Shown here piece after piece: positions 28,266 to 32,000 of a DNA stretch of 32,000 nt. Every line of letters begins with the position of its first letter. The first letter of the stretch is position 1. Source of the DNA: Prochlorococcus marinus str. NATL2A (lineage in GTDB: Bacteria > Cyanobacteriota > Cyanobacteriia > PCC-6307 > Cyanobiaceae); the NCBI RefSeq assembly GCF_000012465.1, contig NC_007335.2, positions 1,810,900-1,842,899 of the forward strand, read 5' to 3'. The notes beneath the pieces were generated by a model. It saw only the letters and a program-made list of their open reading frames with translations. It ran no database searches and had not been told where the DNA came from. Made by a program: the position numbers and the translations under genes.

Positions 28266-30125
28266 ATGGCCGAAGAATTAAGCGATTTTATTGAAGCCTC
28301 AGGTCTACTTTCATATGACCCGGTGGCTATTGACTCAATCTACAAAAAAAATCCAATTCGTCTACTTCGAAGACTCTGGCAAACACTTTTACCAATTGGA
28401 TTATTTTTGCTAGGCGTTGGATGGGAAAAGTTAATTGGTTCTCTAGACAAAGATGAAAGAAAAACTTTTAGGGCGAAAGAATTTACAAAACTACTGGTAG
28501 ATCTAGGACCAGCATTCATTAAAGCTGGACAAGCGCTCTCGACTAGGCCAGACATTGTTCCGCCAACTGTTTTAGAAGAATTAGCACAACTTCAAGATCA
28601 ACTACCTGGCTTTGATAGTAAGCTCGCAATGGCTTGTATTGAACAAGATTTAGATAATAAAATAGAGAATATATTTGCAGAGATAGATAAAGAACCGATT
28701 TCAGCTGCATCTTTAGGTCAAGTACATAAAGCAAAACTCAAAAGTGGAGAGCAAGTTGCTGTTAAAATTCAAAGACCAGGATTAAGAGAGCAAATAACTT
28801 TAGATTTATATATAGTAAGAAATATAGCAATCTGGTTTAAAAATAATATAGGGATTATTAGAAGCGATCTAGTTGCATTAATAGACGAACTAGGTAAGAG
28901 AATATTTGAAGAAATGGACTACATTAATGAAGCAAATAATGCAGAAAAATTTAAAGAACTTCATAGCGGAAATGATAAAATTGCAGTACCAAAAATTTAT
29001 AGAAAAGCAACAAGTAGAAGAGTGCTTACAATGGAATGGATCGATGGGACAAAATTAACAAATATAGAAGCTGTAAAAAATTTAGGAATTAATCCAAATG
29101 AAATGGTGGAAATTGGAGTAAGTTGTAGTCTTCAGCAACTTATTGAGCACGGTTTTTTTCACGCCGATCCACACCCAGGGAACATCTTAGCAATGAAAGA
29201 TGGACGATTATGTTATTTAGATTTTGGGATGATGAGTGATATTACGCAACAATCTAGGGTTGGATTAATTAGAGCAGTTGTGCATCTTGTCAACAGGAGA
29301 TTTGATAAACTTTCTAATGATTTTGTTCAACTAGGATTTCTTTCTGAAGATGTTGATTTAACTCCAATTGCGCCAGCATTTGAAAGTGTATTTACTACTG
29401 CTTTGGAAATAGGCGTAAACAAAATGGATTTTAAAGCCGTAACAGATGATATGTCTGGAATTATGTATAAATTTCCTTTTAAATTACCACCTTATTATGC
29501 ACTAATAATCAGATCTTTAATTACTTTAGAAGGCATAGCACTAAGTGTTGACCCTAATTTTAAAATACTAGGAGCTGCATATCCTTATTTCGCAAGAAGA
29601 CTAATGGAAGATGAAAATCCAGAATTAAGAAATAGTTTAAAAGAAATGCTTTTTGATGAAAATACTCTAAAATTAGAAAGATTAGACGATCTTCTACAAA
29701 GCGCTACAAAGGAAAAACTACTTGATGGAGAAAAAATATTAGATCAAACAATTGATTTTTTATTTTCTAAAAAGGGTCTTTTTCTTAGAAATGAATTAGT
29801 AAATATCTTAGCTTCAAAAATAGACTCTGTTGGATGGAAAACTTTAATTAGATTAAATGAAAAGTTACCGACGAAAATTCGTTCAAAGACTATAGAAAAA
29901 TCATATAAAATTAATAATAAACAACTTTTAAATATATCTTCAATAAAGAAAATGTTTAAAATGTCAAAAATGAAATCTGGTTTTAAAAGAAAAATACTTT
30001 TTAAGAAATTACCAAAAATTCTAATCACTAAAGATACTTATCGCATGGGCTTAGGGTTAATGCAAAAAACTTCAGAAAAAGGGATAATTAGATTAGTTAA
30101 AGTTGCCGCTGGCGTAAGACAATAA
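28266..30125 (+). CDS. ABC1/UbiB-family atypical protein kinase
   Basis: The blocks LGPAFIKAGQALSTRPDIVP, ISAASLGQVHKAKLKSGEQVAVKIQRPG and GFFHADPHPGNIL are ABC1/ADCK signatures. It has a basic C-terminal extension. Confidence 0.9.
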   Translation: MAEELSDFIEASGLLSYDPVAIDSIYKKNPIRLLRRLWQTLLPIGLFLLGVGWEKLIGSLDKDERKTFRAKEFTKLLVDLGPAFIKAGQALSTRPDIVPPTVLEELAQLQDQLPGFDSKLAMACIEQDLDNKIENIFAEIDKEPISAASLGQVHKAKLKSGEQVAVKIQRPGLREQITLDLYIVRNIAIWFKNNIGIIRSDLVALIDELGKRIFEEMDYINEANNAEKFKELHSGNDKIAVPKIYRKATSRRVLTMEWIDGTKLTNIEAVKNLGINPNEMVEIGVSCSLQQLIEHGFFHADPHPGNILAMKDGRLCYLDFGMMSDITQQSRVGLIRAVVHLVNRRFDKLSNDFVQLGFLSEDVDLTPIAPAFESVFTTALEIGVNKMDFKAVTDDMSGIMYKFPFKLPPYYALIIRSLITLEGIALSVDPNFKILGAAYPYFARRLMEDENPELRNSLKEMLFDENTLKLERLDDLLQSATKEKLLDGEKILDQTIDFLFSKKGLFLRNELVNILASKIDSVGWKTLIRLNEKLPTKIRSKTIEKSYKINNKQLLNISSIKKMFKMSKMKSGFKRKILFKKLPKILITKDTYRMGLGLMQKTSEKGIIRLVKVAAGVRQ

Positions 30126-30680
30126 ATGAAATTTAAATATATTATTCTTTTAATATTATTTCTCAATCAAAGCGCTAAAGGAGCAGAAAACCTATTTCTT
30201 TATAAAGGAACATTTAGTAGAAGCATTAGAATAGAAGAACTATCTAAATTTAAATTAACAAAAAAGCCCAGCAATAAATTAAAAAATCTAATAAAGATTA
30301 CGGGCCAAAAAGAAAAAAACCTACATAAAATCCTATCTACAAAAATAGAATTTCCAATAAAAACAAGTAGCAAATTAATGAACAGTAGAATAGGAGAAGT
30401 TTTTTTAAGCAGGTTATCTAAAATAATTCATCCTAATAAAATATCTAACATAAAATTAAGCTCTAAAGCTTTAAGGTCTGGACTTTTAATAGGTTCTTTT
30501 AATAACAATCAGAAAATTAATCTAATAGATTTTTTAAAGGCTTATCCAAATAAAAATATTGCTTTTGATCTAAACGCATTAAGTAAAACCCTTAAAAAAG
30601 TAGACTCATTAAAAGAGTTAATCGAATTCTACGCAGATTCACCCTTTAAAAAACTGAAAGATGGAAGGTCTAGCACTTAG
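30126..30680 (+). CDS. Secreted or periplasmic hypothetical protein, DUF1400-like
   Basis: The ATG directly abuts the ABC1 kinase stop (TAAATG). It has a signal-peptide-like N-terminus (MKFKYIILLILFLNQSAKG|AE). The following AENLFLYKGTFSRSIRIEELSKF resembles the cyanobacterial DUF1400 N-terminal pattern. The family name is recalled, not verified. Confidence 0.5.
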   Translation: MKFKYIILLILFLNQSAKGAENLFLYKGTFSRSIRIEELSKFKLTKKPSNKLKNLIKITGQKEKNLHKILSTKIEFPIKTSSKLMNSRIGEVFLSRLSKIIHPNKISNIKLSSKALRSGLLIGSFNNNQKINLIDFLKAYPNKNIAFDLNALSKTLKKVDSLKELIEFYADSPFKKLKDGRSST

Positions 30681-30706
30681 ATTGTTTACAATTGATTAAC
30701 TAAGTA

Positions 30707-31813
30707 GTGTCATTTTCTAAGAAATTAAAACAACTTTTCACTTCTACCCCCCCCAAAAACAATTGGGATGGACTTATAGAAACATACAAAACTTGGTTAC
30801 CAGTAAGTAATAAGACACCCATCATTACTTTAAAAGAAGGCGCAACTCCTCTGATTGAAGTCAAATCCATTTCTAATCGAATTGGAAATGGAGTAAAAGT
30901 ATTTGTCAAATATGACGGTCTAAATCCGACTGGATCCTTCAAAGACAGAGGAATGACTATGGCGATTAGTAAAGCTAAAGAAGCTGGGTGTGAAGCTGTC
31001 ATTTGCGCAAGCACAGGTAATACTTCAGCATCTGCAGCAGCTTATGCAAGCAAAGGAGGAATGAAATCCTTTGTAATTATTCCAGATGGATATGTAGCTC
31101 AAGGTAAACTAGCTCAAGCTTTAGTTTACGGAGCTGAAGTATTAGCTATTAAAGGGAATTTTGATAAAGCACTAGATATTGTTAGAGAACTATCTGATAA
31201 ATATCCAATTACTTTAGTTAACTCAGTGAATCCTTACAGGTTACAAGGACAAAAAACCGCAGCATTTGAGATAATAGAAAATCTTGGAAATGCGCCTGAT
31301 TGGTTATGCATTCCAATGGGAAATGCTGGAAATATAAGTGCTTATTGGATGGGCTTTCAAGAATTTTTTCACGCTGGAAAATCAAAACGTCTCCCAAGAA
31401 TGATGGGTTTTCAAGCGAGTGGTTCTGCGCCTTTAGTCGAAGGTAAAAGTATCAATAACCCAGAGACAATTGCTACTGCAATAAGAATTGGTAATCCTGT
31501 TAATAAAGAAAAAGCTATTTTAGCAAAAGAATCAAGTAATGGTAGATTTTCTTCCGTGTCAGATTCAGAAATAATCAACGCATACAAAATTCTTGGTAGA
31601 GAAGAAGGCATTTTTTGTGAGCCTGCAAGTGCAGCTTCTGTGGCTGGTCTATTAAAAATAAAAGAAGATGTCCCAAAAAATTCAACTATTGTTTGTGTTT
31701 TGACAGGGAATGGTCTAAAAGATCCTGATTGCGCAATAAAAAATAATGATTCAATCTTTCATACGGGAGTAGAAGCAGAAATAAATTCAATAACAAAAAT
31801 AATGGGCTTTTAA
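30707..31813 (+). CDS. thrC: Threonine synthase
   Basis: 368 aa. It has the PLP-lysine motif [12 protein letters not shown], the blocks [14 protein letters not shown] and GNAGNISA, and the N-terminus [10 protein letters not shown]. The start is GTG at 30707. Confidence 0.93.
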   Translation: MSFSKKLKQLFTSTPPKNNWDGLIETYKTWLPVSNKTPIITLKEGATPLIEVKSISNRIGNGVKVFVKYDGLNPTGSFKDRGMTMAISKAKEAGCEAVICASTGNTSASAAAYASKGGMKSFVIIPDGYVAQGKLAQALVYGAEVLAIKGNFDKALDIVRELSDKYPITLVNSVNPYRLQGQKTAAFEIIENLGNAPDWLCIPMGNAGNISAYWMGFQEFFHAGKSKRLPRMMGFQASGSAPLVEGKSINNPETIATAIRIGNPVNKEKAILAKESSNGRFSSVSDSEIINAYKILGREEGIFCEPASAASVAGLLKIKEDVPKNSTIVCVLTGNGLKDPDCAIKNNDSIFHTGVEAEINSITKIMGF

Positions 31814-32000
31814 AAACAATCAAATATCCAAAAAAAATACTGTCTGTTAATTTCGAAGATTCCTGTTTCTGTAAACTGGGGAAAAGCTATTGAAACTCAT
31901 CAATAATTAATCTTCTTTTTTCCACAGGAGATAAAATTAGTGGATAAGAATATTTTTCTCCTCCTTTTAAAAAACTTTTCCACAGACAAAATTTCAGAAA
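31814..32000. other. Probable chromosomal replication origin (oriC), partial: DnaA-box cluster downstream of thrC, running off the window
   Basis: Two perfect TTTTCCACA boxes lie on the + strand (31918..31926, 31976..31984). TTATCCACT lies on the - strand (31939..31947), TTTTCCCCA on the - strand (31877..31885), and a weaker ATATCCAAA at 31824..31832. All sit within 187 nt of non-coding, AT-rich DNA. Confidence 0.6.

Noticed and set aside
31907-32000. Two open frames run off the 3' edge. One is on the + strand from GTG 31940, preceded by AGGAG at 9-nt spacing. The other is a 37-codon - strand frame entering from beyond the window and stopping at TAG (31888..31890).
   Set aside because: Both are too short to evaluate and mutually overlapping. 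The segment is better explained by the DnaA-box cluster, and the AGGAG is part of the box-flanking sequence. A real gene cannot be excluded without downstream sequence.
1-32000. Window-wide scan for CRISPR arrays, IS/transposase or integrase genes, tRNA/rRNA genes, toxin-antitoxin pairs, restriction-modification systems or other defence cassettes.
   Set aside because: None found. Every ORF over ~60 aa outside shadow frames is assignable to a housekeeping family or is a small orphan flanked by core genes. No regularly spaced long repeats were seen. My manual repeat detection is limited, and short dispersed repeats could have been missed.

Overview
This is a gene-dense, low-GC chromosomal segment with about 26 protein-coding genes, almost all housekeeping. 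In order: MFS transporter (5' partial), ppk, group-2 sigma-70 factor, phytol-kinase-like protein, class-I DAHP synthase, acnB, a ClC channel gene broken by one in-frame stop, IctB/O-antigen-ligase-like protein, purU, ThiO-like oxidase, dnaK, aroE, Tic20-like protein, rpsF, argG, small hypotheticals, mraY, sucrose-phosphate synthase, uvrA, recN, ABC1/UbiB kinase, DUF1400-like protein, thrC. Composition, gene content and gene order point to a marine picocyanobacterium, most likely Prochlorococcus. That is inference from reading the proteins, since no search was run. I found no rRNA, tRNA, CRISPR array, transposase, integrase, or recognisable defence or accessory island. I see no convincing evidence for a novel multi-gene system; this looks like ordinary core genome. 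Four points deserve a second look. (1) The ClC gene is cut by a single in-frame TAG in the linker between its two inverted structural repeats, and it also lacks the canonical central Ser and Tyr anion-coordinating residues. (2) A cluster of DnaA boxes in the last ~190 nt after thrC is most simply read as the edge of oriC. (3) The SPP-like C-terminal domain of sucrose-phosphate synthase has partly degenerate HAD motifs. (4) Several intergenic palindromes and repeats, plus a GC-rich island upstream of dnaK, are unexplained. All motif comparisons rely on reference sequences recalled from memory and need confirmation by alignment.
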